A DNA stretch of 64,000 bases from Schmidtea polychroa (lineage: Eukaryota), in assembly GCA_044892525.1 (NCBI GenBank), contig CM097885.1:18540001-18604000 (forward strand), given 5' to 3'. The notes beneath the pieces are model-generated. The model was not told the DNA's origin and ran no database searches. It saw only the letters and a program-made list of their open reading frames with translations. Below, in pieces: positions 28,808 to 41,847 of the stretch. The first letter of the stretch is position 1, and each line of letters opens with the position of its first letter. The translations under genes were made by a program, and so were the position numbers.

Positions 28808-29929
28808 TTATTTAATCAATTGGTTTTCAGATATCCAGCTAGGATGTTTATAACCATGCCATTTCACATAGTATTGTTTATATTTCCCGTCCGATTTAGT
28901 TTTTAAAATCTCTTGAATTCTGAAGATTGTGGGTGATGGAATGACTTATAGTTCTGGTTCGTAGAATTTGCCACTGACTTGATCGTTTTCATTATCTGTA
29001 ATAAAGTACATGACCGGATTTTGATTAGTATCTATTTTCGATATTTTAAAAACTTCATCACTCCAATTGTTATCAAAATTCTTGATGAATGGAGAAGCAC
29101 TGATTTTACTTATCCTAACATGGTCTCCTACTTTATATTTAGGCTTTTTTGTTTTTGATTTATCTTGTTGTGATATCCAAGTATCAATATTATTTGTTGA
29201 ATAAATATCGATTGGTCTCATTCCATTTATTCCTCTATGAGGTGAAAAATTGTAACTGTAAATTATTTTCGACAATACATTTATCCACGTTTTATTGCCT
29301 TGATAAACAAAATATTTTTTCAAACGATCTCTTAAAGTACGATTGAATCTTTCCACGTGCGCTGCTTTATATTGTGAAAATACTGAGTAATGATTTATTC
29401 CTTTGATAATTTCTTTAACTTTGCTATTATAAAATTCTTTACCTAAATTTAAAATTAATTAAAATTATTTAATTTATAATTTTACCCAAATCTGTTTGTA
29501 AATTACGAGGCTGTCCGTCAGCAAATAATGTCTTTAATGCATCAACCATTTCATTAGCTGATTTAGATTTTGTTGGGATAGCACGAGCGTATCTACTAAA
29601 TACATCAATACATGTCAAAATATATTTGTATCCTTTATTAATTTTGAAAATGGAATCATTTCCATTAAATCCATTTGCCATAAATCATTAACACCAAATG
29701 TTTTATAAGATCTCGTGGGGAATTTTTTTAACATTGGTTTATTTAGACTGTAGGCTAATTGATTAGATAACCATTTTTGAGTTTCTTTCTTTGATTTATT
29801 TACTCTTTTTGCAAGTTTTTCTACACCACCAAAACCATCTGGATCTTTCGGGTTTGTCCAAATCGTTTTGAGTTTTTTCTCTAATATTTTCTTCTTTGAT
29901 TTGACCTTTTTGGAAAATGTTTCCTTCAT
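28808..29929 (-). pseudogene. INT: Retroviral-type integrase with chromodomain (A); frameshift ~29655, nonsense codon at 28946, intron 29443-29485
   Basis: WQMDL, LQTDLG^KEF and VERFNRTL catalytic triad; FRIQEILK..VKWHGY chromodomain after a premature TAA. Confidence 0.9.
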
Positions 29930-29999
29930 TATTACAACATGATGTTAATATATTTAAATCGAAATTATGTTTATCCGGTAATGAATTCTTAGCACCCAT
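29796..29999 (-). CDS. Overprinted small protein with MGxxxS and CC (A)
   Basis: MGAKNSLPD..SCCN; homologues at the same position in B and C. Confidence 0.6.
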   Translation of the reverse strand: MGAKNSLPDKHNFDLNILTSCCNNEGNIFQKGQIKEENIREKTQNDLDKPERSRWFWWCRKTCKKSK

Positions 30000-30013
30000 T
30001 ATGATATTATATT

Positions 30014-30346
30014 TTAAGAATTTAATGACGAAATTGTTCTTATAGCCGATAATACAATTGGAATTAATGTACCTAAAAATCCGCCTTGTTGTTTATACAT
30101 TATTTTTCTCATTAGATTTCGATTTTTTGTGTTAACTAATGATAAAAGAGATTTCTTATGTCTTTTTAATACAAACCTTTTAGCTTTACTAATATTTACA
30201 TTACCACGAACTATGTTAACAATAGCTTCGAGTAAATCATCAATAACAAATGATGGAAAAGCTTGTAATATACTCGTCCTTTTATTATTTGGAGCCTTTA
30301 GCAAGGAGTTAAAATATGGTAAGCTACGTTGTAATTTCATTGTCAA
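30014..30346 (-). CDS. Basic core protein precursor ending QQGG-FLGTLIPIVL (A)
   Basis: Homologous to the C-terminal part of 49065-49598 and 57678-58172. A short Lys-rich ORF (30372-30510) lies just upstream. Confidence 0.75.
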   Translation of the reverse strand: MTMKLQRSLPYFNSLLKAPNNKRTSILQAFPSFVIDDLLEAIVNIVRGNVNISKAKRFVLKRHKKSLLSLVNTKNRNLMRKIMYKQQGGFLGTLIPIVLSAIRTISSLNS

Positions 30347-30531
30347 TGATGTATTTTATTAATTAATTTGTTTATAATTTAATCCAACTCTTCTTTTTCA
30401 TTGATTTCTTAGTCTTATTTATAGTTTTTTCTTTCCGTTTAGTATTTCTTTTGTTTTCTTTCTGCTTTGTAACTTTTTCACGTTGAACTATAACTTTTTT
30501 AAATGACATTTTTAAATAATAATAATGTATT

Positions 30532-31170
30532 TCATTTTTGTTTATAAATCGTAACACCTTTTTCATTGAAAATATCTGTTCTAACACGTAAATCATCTGG
30601 ACATTGTTGAGTAAAATCGAAAAATAAATACCCATGTGCTATCTTTGTTGCATCTTGGAAGGATTCAATTAAATATCTTCTATCATTAGGATAAGCCTGT
30701 CTTGCGAGAAAATCAATTATAGTTGCGTCTCGTGGATTTTTGAAAATAACTAAATATTGTACATTCAAATTACGCGTTCGATGACTTCCGCCTTGATGAA
30801 ATAAATTTTGTGTTATAAAAATAACCGTTACTCCGATATGTCTACTGATTTTTGTAAATAAATTATTAAAATCTTTCTCTTTATTTGCTTCCTGATATAA
30901 ATCATCAATAATTATAGCATCACCTTGATGTAATCTAGATGACCAATTTTTATCAAATCCCTTCATTATCTTCATTTTTAATTTACAAAACTGATCTTGT
31001 GTCATACCATGCTCGTCATCAGCTCCCTTATGCCAGTATATTTTATTAAATTTTGATTTGAACATATTCGATTGTAATAATTTACAAACAAATAAAGTTT
31101 TTCCACTACCACTGGGACCTACAATTTGATAAACGGCATCATTTCTTAATTCCATCTTAATTAATCTCAT
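30532..31170 (-). CDS. ATP: A32/FtsK-like DNA packaging ATPase (A)
   Basis: Walker A GPSGSGKT, Walker B IIIDD, SRH..VIFITQNLF. Confidence 0.93.
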   Translation of the reverse strand: MRLIKMELRNDAVYQIVGPSGSGKTLFVCKLLQSNMFKSKFNKIYWHKGADDEHGMTQDQFCKLKMKIMKGFDKNWSSRLHQGDAIIIDDLYQEANKEKDFNNLFTKISRHIGVTVIFITQNLFHQGGSHRTRNLNVQYLVIFKNPRDATIIDFLARQAYPNDRRYLIESFQDATKIAHGYLFFDFTQQCPDDLRVRTDIFNEKGVTIYKQK

Positions 31171-31244
31171 TTCATTAATATTATTGTTTATATTTGTTTA
31201 AATTTATTATTATAAGTATATGAAAATTATTTAAATTTCATTAC

Positions 31245-31691
31245 ATGACTTCATTATTATTGAGCAACATTAATTATAAAGGTGAGTGTTTAGTCAAAAA
31301 CATGAAATTCCCATTAGGTAAACCCCAAAAAGTTGTGGATAGAAGTGGGAAGTATCCAATTATATTTTTCAAGTCGGGTAGATGTCGGATAATGGGATGC
31401 AAGCAACCTCTTAAATTAGTTTATTTGAAATATAAGATACAAGATTTACAAATTCAGTCCATTACAGTAACTGCTGATATCGGTAAATTTATAAATTTAT
31501 ACGAATTACAACATAAAGCTAAATGTATGTTTGAACTGGAAATATTTCCTGCCTTACGTCTTCAAAAGTATAATCCAGTTTGTGTTAATGTATTTTCAAG
31601 CGGGAAGGTTGTATTACTTGGAATAAAAACTCTAGACTATAATCACTATGTAGAGAACATTATCTCAGAAATTAAAATGTTAATTAATTAA
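31245..31691 (+). CDS. TATA-binding-protein-like protein (A)
   Basis: Two TBP half-repeats: IIFFKSGRCRIMG and IQSITVTADIG..FELEIFPALR..VNVFSSGKVVLLG. Confidence 0.82.
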   Translation: MTSLLLSNINYKGECLVKNMKFPLGKPQKVVDRSGKYPIIFFKSGRCRIMGCKQPLKLVYLKYKIQDLQIQSITVTADIGKFINLYELQHKAKCMFELEIFPALRLQKYNPVCVNVFSSGKVVLLGIKTLDYNHYVENIISEIKMLIN

Positions 31692-31734
31692 TTAATTTTG
31701 TTTGTATTGATTTTGTTTTTAGTAGTTAGAAAAA

Positions 31735-32109
31735 ATGTCAAAAGGTAAAGAATATATTTTTATTTATAATTAATAATCTTTATATCTAGTTTACTTATTT
31801 GAAGTAATTTTAAAGAAGTTTCAAGAATTATACCCAGGAATAAGAAATACCATAGATTATTGTGCACCAGAGTTACTTATAAATAAAATATTTCGTTTAA
31901 CAGGTATTAATATAGAACAACTTTTAGAGTTGCACTACGATATGGTTCTAAGGTCTGACACTAGATGCATTGTTTGCAAAGATTCTATGAGATTGTCATG
32001 CCCCAATGGGTGTCCATGCTGTCACGACTTTAAAAGGGATCAAACAGTCCATATCTTATTAGCTGAAATGCGTAAAGCATACTACACAGATGTATTTAAC
32101 TTGAAATAA
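31735..32109 (+). CDS. Conserved CxxGCxCC protein (A), intron 31745-31789
   Basis: Spliced ORF MSKVYLFEVILK..YPG..PEL..CPNGCPCCHDF; homologues follow TBP in B and C. Confidence 0.6.
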
Positions 32110-32142
32110 AATGTTTTATATAATTTTTAAATTTTTTATCAA

Positions 32143-32868
<726 letters not shown>

Positions 32869-32947
32869 CTCGAGACATATCTCATCACATGAAAAGGGAT
32901 ACTGTGTAACCAGGAAAGAACTACTCGCCGTACATGAATACGTCATG
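32869..32947 (+). mobile_element. 79-bp Gypsy RNase H segment left between Polintons A and B (includes both TSD copies)
   Basis: Reads SRHISSHEKGYCVTRKELLAVHEYVM, continuing IAYG from 19017 and leading into HFKEYLY at 61791. Confidence 0.93.
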
Positions 32948-33537
32948 AGTAGGGTATTGTGTGGACCCGGGAACAAAGACATATGACGTCATCGATGACG
33001 TCACAAAGACATATTACGTCATACCCCCGGGGGGAGGGGGTATTTTTTTTTTTTTTTTTAATTTTTTTTTTTAAATTTTTTTTTTAAATTTTTTTTTAAA
33101 TTTTTTTTAAAAAATTTTTTTTTAAAATTTATATTACGTTGCGGTATTTTAAAAATTTATATTACGTTGCGGTATTTTAAAATATATATTACGTTGCGGT
33201 ATTTTAAAATTTATTATATTTTAATTATTAAATATATTACGTTGCGGTATTTTAAAAACTTATTGATAAAAGTTTAATAAAATTATTATTACACACACAC
33301 AATATAGTCTACCCGACAAAATATTCTGTTCCCCTATGGTCACACACACACACACAATGTATAAAAATATTATTTACACACACGCAACAAGTTAGTGTTC
33401 TCATTGATATATTATTAATCTATATACTCCGAGTCTATCCGACAAAATATTCTGTCCCCCTATGGGTACTGCTCACAAGGGTACTGGTCACGCTCAACAA
33501 CTCGCAAGGGTATTAATAAACAATGTAATAAAACATA

Positions 33538-33592
<55 letters not shown>
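32948..33592 (+). repeat. Element B left TIR
   Basis: Inverse match to ~61163-61784; TGACGTCA palindromes and four ATATTACGTTGCGGTATTTT units. Confidence 0.92.
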
Positions 33593-33594
<2 letters not shown>

Positions 33595-33806
33595 ATTTCT
33601 ATCACAAATCATGGTTAACAAAAAACATAGTCGAATATTATAAAATTAAGGTATTGTGTTAGCACACACTCGTTATAATAATTAGCAATATAGTTTTTAT
33701 GGTGTATCAAATCAAAACCTTTCTTTTACATTTATAGTCTATCAACCAATCAAAATCATATGGTAATAGTATAAATAAAAACATTATATTTTAAATTATT
33801 TTAGAA

Positions 33807-34335
33807 ATGTCGCAACCAAATTTTATGGAAAATGTTCTAAACGGAATTGTCACCGCGAATATAGTCGACAGCCTCAATTTCCTGATCAATCGAACCGAAC
33901 AAATCATTGAAGGTGAACATATCGATTATCAGCAGATGATGGAGACGGAATCCCTGGAAACCAAGAAGTATTACTTCAATAGAATATTTCAGTGTCTTTT
34001 CGATGAAGACATGAAATGGACAAGGATAATTGTAGGATTCACCTACATGAAGATAATCATTGCAAAAGGTCAACCTGATTCAGAACATTATTATCATTGG
34101 TCTTTAGAAGTAAGATTTCTTTTATAATCTATATTTTAATAATATTCATTTCTAGATAATCAAGTCCAAGTTTACCCCATGGATAGAAGCCAATGGCGGA
34201 TGGGGTGTATTAAATAAACTGGCCTGCAATTTTAAAGAAACTGATGAAATCAAAAGAAAAATGAAAAACTATATAAAACTTACAACTGGAGTTGTTATAA
34301 TGTATATTTTCTGTAGATATATGAATAAAAATTAA
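33807..34335 (+). CDS. Bcl-2-family protein (B), join(33807..34109,34156..34335), 160 aa
   Basis: BH1-like LFDEDMKWTRIIVGF; BH2-like PWIEANGGW after a 46-bp GT-AG intron; C-terminal tail anchor TGVVIMYIFCR. Confidence 0.82.
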
Positions 34336-34530
34336 TGTTTTTAATAGTATATTTAAATGAAAATAATTCAATTTTAAAATTTATTAACACACTGGGTAAA
34401 GGTCATAAAGGTAACTAACAAAACTTTAACATATTATTATTATTACAATGTATAAAAATTGTTCACAAAGTTACTGTTAAAAATAATCAAGACAATAAAA
34501 TCAATACATTTATTAAATAATTTAAACACA

Positions 34531-37500
34531 TCATCGAAAATAATCATGTCCAAAATAATTATCATCTGCTGGATCATGGAAATCATCTGTATCATGGAAA
34601 TCATCTGTATCATCTGCTGAGATAGCTTCCGTTGAATCTATAAATATATCGGTGTCACCGCCCCTATAATGGCCATATGCCAAACTTTGATTTTTATCCA
34701 CCCAATTTCGTTTATCATCTCTACACGTCAAGGCTCTTTTATTATTTTTAATACTAAAAAGTTGGTGATTTTTTGACGTTATTCTAAACTGAGGGACTGT
34801 GTATATTTTATCATTTAAATAACAATCTAGATACGACTGATGTGTTAGTCCAGTATCTTTCATACTTATCCCCTTAGCCTTCATACTTTCCTCATCACCC
34901 ATCAAGCTGTAACATTTAGGTCTCAAGAACACCCAATCTTTATATAATAACCCTTTATTCTCGTCTTTGAATTTGCCAATGACAGAATCAAGGTTCCTAC
35001 TATATAAAGGATGATTTGGGTCATAATTCGAAGTATCTAATAATTGATCTCTAATCATCGCAGGTAAAAGAATGTCAAGACTACAATGTTTAATTTCCAA
35101 GAAGAAGGAATCTGTGTCTCCAGCAACGATATTAATTTCGCAGTTGAATTCGTCGCGATATTTTTGCAACTCTTCATACTGCAGCTGGTACATCCTGAGT
35201 TTGGATAAATCAAGTACGGTTTGACCAATGTAACTAGGTCTATTCAAACACACTATGTCCTTCCTCAATAAAACCGAAATCAAGTCATCATCGATTTTCG
35301 TGGATTTACGAAAAGTCGGTTTCGAACAGAATGTTAATAATCTCTGTGAAGAATTACACAGACGTAAATTAATACGTTTTTTAAGATTTTCAACAGTCTT
35401 GCCGTAAAGACTGTTGTTTAATAATTTATAAAAATTTTTATCGAGTTTATTTGTCGACGCTGCTCGTAACGCCGTATTTGTGTTAATATAATTTTTGAAA
35501 ATTTTATCTTGTTTAAATTTAATTGCTCTATGTGTTTTTGATATTTTAACACCTAATTTAATAAATATTTGTAGAAGCCTCCAATGAAGAACGTAGTTCC
35601 TCTTGGGGCTATGTGTAAGCAACAGCTTCTCTATTTTCGAACCCGGTACACACATCTTTTCAGCGGCAACGGGAAGATCGTCCAGTTTGTCGTGAATTGA
35701 CGTCGGTATTTCTAAATCCACTTCTATGGTATAACCATAATCAAGCAGATCTAAATCTACCGTTGTGCATTCAACAATTATATTATTTAATAAATTATCA
35801 TCAGTAACCCATTCAAAGTCACTGCAAGGTAATGGTTGACTTAAAGCCCAACCGTATAAATTATTTATATCTATGTAAAGCAAAGCGGTATCCGGGTCTG
35901 TTTTTACATAATGTTTATTTACAAAAGTTAGTCCGCCACGGATACCGCCCTCGAAAAAGTTATACATCTCCATATCGGTGAGGAGCTCAATTGGAGAGTT
36001 TAAAGTTAATAAGGCTGAATTCCAAGACATACCTGGAATCCCTAAGAAATTTAATGGCTCTAGTCGGTTATGAGCAATGGACTTAGCTCTAAATTGCTGG
36101 AAAAAATCGGCTAAAAGGAAAACATCAAGTTTTAAATAAACCATCATGTAATCGAAAAGTGAAGTACATGAAGTTTCAGCCCAAATTCGCTGAGCTGTCT
36201 CATATTCAGCAGGAGTCACATCTTTCCAAATAGGTGGTAACTGATGAGTGTTATGTAAAACCTCTAATGAAGTTGCGACATCATAAGGAAAAATTCCCTT
36301 TGCAGTTATTATTGTACCCTGAAATTCTGATTCGGTCAAGGGTAAAGATGATAAAGTTTTGACAGCATTATTTAAAGACTCGCTGACAAATTGATAAGAG
36401 TCTATAAATTTAACAGTTAATGAGTCAATCCTAGCAAAAAGACTAAGGAATTTCTCGCTGGTTAAAGGAATACAACTAATATTCCATGAATGATATTTTG
36501 AAAGGCCAAATTTCAAGATATGATGCAGATCATAACCCTTTAAATTATGAAATACTACAGGAAGGGTATGTCTAATTTGCCTCGACAGATTACAAGTTGT
36601 ACAAGCGGCACCAAGATATAGACCGGTAAAATGATCATGGTCCCTAACTGGACTAACTAAAGGCTTATTGCACAAATAACATGATGTGCTGTTTTCAAAC
36701 ATTAATTGTTGCTCATCTGTAATTATCATTTTCTTTTGATAATTTTTATAATAATAAGGAGTTACAATATATTTCCCTATCATTTCAATTTCAGTAAGAA
36801 ATTGATCGACACAATCTAAACCGGTGAACGACTTATAAATTTTTACGCCTGTGAAATTATTAATAAAAAGCATACCGGCAGAAATAGGCAGATGACGTTG
36901 AAAGTAGCGAGTGTCTTTAGGTAAGATAGCCTCAAAGTCAGCGTAAATAACAAAGGGAGGAGTAACTGTTTTACTCCAATCAGTAAATTCTAAATATTTA
37001 TTTTTAGGCAATGTGTACAAGGTAGTACCAAGCTGATTTTTATCGCAAAGACCCTTATGTCTATTAAAAGTGTCATCATTCCTAAAACCGTTTAAACATC
37101 TAGGGCACCACTGACTACAAATCCTAACAGGAGTGATTGAACTATTCCTACAATTAAGAAATCTATTTAGGTCTGTGATTCCAAGATAATGATAATTATC
37201 ATTCTTTTCGATTAATAATAAATTGATAGGTATGGCTCCTACTATCTTACTCCTATATATTATATCAATAAATGGATGTTTCATAACTGCATCTTCATCG
37301 GAAATGTCAATCAAAGCCTTTTCGTTATAAGTAAGAACATTAATACTATAACCCGGATTTTGTTGTTCAAATTTACTTATATTTGATAGTTTCATCGGCA
37401 TATCATTAGGATCAAATTTAATTTCAGAAAGATTGTAGGAATTAGGGCGATTTCTATATTGCCTATTTATACAGTCATATTTAATAATTGACAAGAAACT

Positions 37501-38309
37501 ATACAAAAAGCAGAAGTGATCATTATTAACTACATTAATGAGACAGCTTAAGTTTCTTAAAGATTTTGGGGTTTCAATAAAACTTCTACCACTTAATCGA
37601 CTTATTTCAGCAAATTTAGTAAGAACAAAGCTTATGTATTCTATTTTATTGATAGTCCAATTACTACCTTTCTCATTAATTTTAATTATTTTTTCATTTA
37701 AACGAGCAATACCTTCGTCAATGAATGTATCGCTCCAAACTCGGGCGGAATTCGAGATTACAAAAGATTGTAACTCATCATCTTTTATAAATTCCACCTT
37801 TAGACAAAATTGAATTTTACATGATTTTAATTTATTTACATATAAATTTAATTTATTTATTAAAATTTCTGGTACAGAGACCGTTTTTAAATCTAAAGAC
37901 GAAACGTCCATTTTTAATATAATATGACTATTATTTAAATCACTGATGACATCTACGACACCGTAACCTATTTGATTAGTATTATTAATACGATTATTAT
38001 AATAAATATTACTATTATTATTATTATTATTATTATTATCAATTTCCTCATCACTTATGTTGATTATTTCATCATCATCACTTATTGTGATTACATCAAT
38101 AACTTTAGATTTTTTACTTGGTATTGAATTTATTTTTTCATTATTTTTTCTTTTATTCATATTAATTAGATTATTTATTTGTTCATTTAATTTATTTACT
38201 TGATCTTTTAGATTATTTATTTCGTTTATATCATTATTATTATTATTGGTGCTGTTAGTATTATTGTTGGTGATATTATTATTATTATTGTTGTTGATAT
38301 TATTGTTGA

Positions 38310-38355
<46 letters not shown>

Positions 38356-38402
38356 GTTGTTGTTGATATTATTATTATTATTGTTGTTGATATTATTGTT
38401 GA

Positions 38403-38445
<43 letters not shown>

Positions 38446-39097
38446 GTTAACAAACGATTCATATAAGCTATAGAAAAGAGACTTCTTAGAAGGTTTAAAT
38501 TGTTGGAGATGGAGTCTATGCTTATTATAAAATTCCTTATACGTTATAACTTCAATAACCTCACATTTAGGGCATAGGATGTAGGTGACACCGTTATATT
38601 TATGACTATAATATCTTTCCATTATATCATCGCAGTCATTATGATATTGACTATTACAAAAGTTTTGGTATTTCAAACCTATGAAAATATTTTTATCATA
38701 AAATGTGTAAAAAATATTAAGATAATAATCATTTTTAAAGTTTAAGATATTTTTCGTAAGATATTATTCAAAATTATCTTTTAAATAGTATCTTATAAAA
38801 AATATTATAAAATATATATAATTTAATTCGTTTTCATAAATAATATATAAAAGTTATTAATTATAATGTTCAAAATCATCATAAATAAATAGGTAAATCT
38901 TCTTTTCAAAATCATCATAAATAAATAAATAAGTAAATCTTCTTTTCATAAATTATCATAAATAAATAAGTAAATCTTCTTTTCATGAATAAATCTTCTT
39001 TTCATAAATCTTCCTTTCAAAATCATCATAAATAAATCTTCTTTTAAAATATCTTCTTTTCATGAAAAAATCTTCTTTTCATAAGTTTCTTCTTTTA

Positions 39098-39163
<66 letters not shown>

Positions 39164-39490
39164 ATATTTTAAAAAACTTAAAAACTTATAACAATAAATA
39201 AATACTTACATTTTCGTCCTTTCGAAAGAAATTTTCCAGCATCAGCAGCAACAGAAGTATTTATTACATTTCCATCTAAAAACATAATAAAAATAATAAT
39301 GATAATAAGAGTAAACTATTACCATTTATTCTATTCATGTCTACAGCTTGTCCGTCGATATTCATTTTAATTTGTTGATTAGTACCTAATAATCATATTA
39401 AAAATAATAAAATAATAAAATAATAAATTTACCATTAATTCCTCCAACGATCTTTCCGTCAACTCTTTGAATATTGTTGTTGTTGTTCAT
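34531..39490 (-). CDS. POLB: Protein-primed PolB (B), predicted 4 exons: 39490-39433, 39385-39323, 39275-39210, 38678-34531
   Basis: Intact IYADFE, DHDHFTG..CTTCN, YIDINNLYG, KLLNNSLYGK, GDTDS, LRPKCY; three phase-1 GT-AG introns keep one open frame. Confidence 0.92.
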
Positions 39491-39852
39491 GTTGCTAATA
39501 GATTTTTAAAAGTGATGAAAAAATGAAAGTGTAGACTATATAAGAGAGATATTACAGGTTTTATTAACCGACCAATGAAAATAGAGATAGGATAGGAAAA
39601 GACACTACATGTTTGTTTATACAAACCATGACGAAATAATGACCTTTACATGTCTTTATTACTCAGTGCTTTGTTACTTTGCATTGTGCATGCACTGAAC
39701 ATGTAATAGTATTACATAATATTTTTAAACATAAAATTTTAAACATAAAATAATAAAATAATAAAATAATAAAACAAATAATAATATTTAACAAATAATA
39801 ATAATATTTAACAAATAATTAAAATAGTCAACAAATAAAAATCATACATTTA

Positions 39853-40237
39853 TTAACCATCAAATTTTTTATACAACAACCATGCCAAACAGTGTTGACC
39901 ACATGTTTGAGTCAATGGATTTTGAAACATAGTTTTATTATATACAATAGGTTTCCCAATTGTTTGAAGTTTTGATATCAACAAAGCAGGATAATAGAAA
40001 CCCATAGGATCGAATACGAATATATTACTAGGTTTCACATATATAGCTATCCAATGTTCTCCACCAAGATGAGACGAATGAGTATTGATGATTATGGCTT
40101 GATTATTGCTCAAATAAGGAATTTTATCAAGAGGAAAAACTCCTACAAATTCATTTCCTAATATTTGTTTTCCAATTCGATTAACCTGAACAGAACTACT
40201 TTAATAAAATTAAACAGTATCAAAAAACTTACTCCAT
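39853..40237 (-). CDS. PRO: Adenain-like cysteine protease (B), intron 40196-40232
   Basis: GEHWIAIY, FDPMG, FQNPLTQTCGQHC; intron at the same position as in A. Confidence 0.9.
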
Positions 40238-40264
40238 GACAACTTTTTGTGTTTCTGTATACAT

Positions 40265-41488
40265 TTATACTAGCACGGTTCTATTTGCAGTAATTTGAAC
40301 TTCATTTTCAAATACTCCATATATTATAACATGTACCGGTTCAGTAATAGCTTTTGCAAACTTAATATCCAGTCGTAAATTCCCGTTTTGTGGTAGTTGA
40401 CTCTGATTTAAATCAAAATCAGGGGCTAAAACAAATGTAAAAAATGGATATTTGCTTTTAAATTCTTCTAGAGTTATTCCACAATTCAAGTTTTTATCTA
40501 AGTAACCCAGATTTCTAACAATACTCTGCATATATGTCGCACAGTAATTATCGCTTTCGAAATCTTGAGTATATGTTTCTCTATAATCAGTATTTTTCGA
40601 CAAAGTCAATGAAGTAACACCAAAATTTTTGAAAATTGAGCTGGAAGCAGTATAAGATCCATTATATTGTGTTTCACTTTGAAATGTTACCAGAATAAAA
40701 TTAGGCATTCTGCTGTCACCAAATATTTGTTCTTTATAGAATGATGAAGCACCTTTAGCAATAGCAAATTGTACAATTTCCTTTGTTTTTAAGGGATAAA
40801 TTGCATGTTTTGAATTAAGACCCAATTGATGACCAGCTAATACTGACGGGTCTACTCGAAATCTTCTCACCAATAATTTTGCATCAACTAATTGGCATAT
40901 TGGTGCACCAGTTGCACTAGTAAGAGATAATGCAGAATCAGACCTTTTCAATCTAATGTGTACATTAACTCCTGGTAGCAAATATTTCGGTTGATCCATA
41001 AAATCGAGTTGTAATGATGAGCACATAGTGAATGATTTTGAGCCTTTAACCCACTTTTTTCTTTCATCATCTGTTGCTGCATAACCCATAGGTGTAAGAC
41101 AGGTATTTTTAGTATCAGAATTGTAATTTAAAATAGTTTCTATCAAAGCCTTGTGAATGAATGTATTATTTCCGCCCTCAATCTTAATATTATTAAATCC
41201 CAAGACTGCATCTTTAAACAGAGTATGAAACATGAAATTGTTCGGTATTACATCTGCATTGGCATCCAAAACTTTTCTATCTTTATCTACAACCTTGATC
41301 TGAACAGTCAATAAAGTATCATTCAAATCTAAATATTCAGTTTGCGAACCATTAATATAAAACTCGATATCATTTCTACTATCAGTAATTGAATTCATAG
41401 GAAAAACTTCCTCAAAGGCCCCAAATTCGATTACAGCTTGAGGCGATGGTCTATCAAATATACATAATTCAGATTTACCACAAATCAT
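40265..41488 (-). CDS. PY: Major capsid protein (B)
   Basis: Full 407-aa homologue of 26158-27381. Confidence 0.9.
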   Translation of the reverse strand: MICGKSELCIFDRPSPQAVIEFGAFEEVFPMNSITDSRNDIEFYINGSQTEYLDLNDTLLTVQIKVVDKDRKVLDANADVIPNNFMFHTLFKDAVLGFNNIKIEGGNNTFIHKALIETILNYNSDTKNTCLTPMGYAATDDERKKWVKGSKSFTMCSSLQLDFMDQPKYLLPGVNVHIRLKRSDSALSLTSATGAPICQLVDAKLLVRRFRVDPSVLAGHQLGLNSKHAIYPLKTKEIVQFAIAKGASSFYKEQIFGDSRMPNFILVTFQSETQYNGSYTASSSIFKNFGVTSLTLSKNTDYRETYTQDFESDNYCATYMQSIVRNLGYLDKNLNCGITLEEFKSKYPFFTFVLAPDFDLNQSQLPQNGNLRLDIKFAKAITEPVHVIIYGVFENEVQITANRTVLV

Positions 41489-41847
41489 TTTGCAAATATA
41501 GTTCCATGTCCTTTCATTCGTTTGTTTATACGCGATATTCCATGTCCTTTACGTTTTGGAGCTGGGGCTGGGGGCGTATCTTTTTGAAACATACCAGCAA
41601 CTCCAGGTAGAACCTTCCCTAACTCAGCTAAAGCATTTGTTTTTATGGATGGTAATATTTTCTGTTCATTCATAATAACATCTTTTGCAGTTTTCATACC
41701 AAAACTACCGATACGTTTAAGAATAGGAAGTGCAAATCTCCCTATTGTTTTTAACCAGCCTGATCCGTATTGTTTACCAATAAAATATGGTAATTCACCG
41801 CCAGATTGGCTATCACTATACATACTAATAATATCGGAATTAGCCAT
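41485..41847 (-). CDS. Small virion/core precursor (B)
   Basis: QSGG, QYGSG-WLKTIGRFALPILKRIG amphipathic helix, basic tail. Confidence 0.75.
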   Translation of the reverse strand: MANSDIISMYSDSQSGGELPYFIGKQYGSGWLKTIGRFALPILKRIGSFGMKTAKDVIMNEQKILPSIKTNALAELGKVLPGVAGMFQKDTPPAPAPKRKGHGISRINKRMKGHGTIFAK

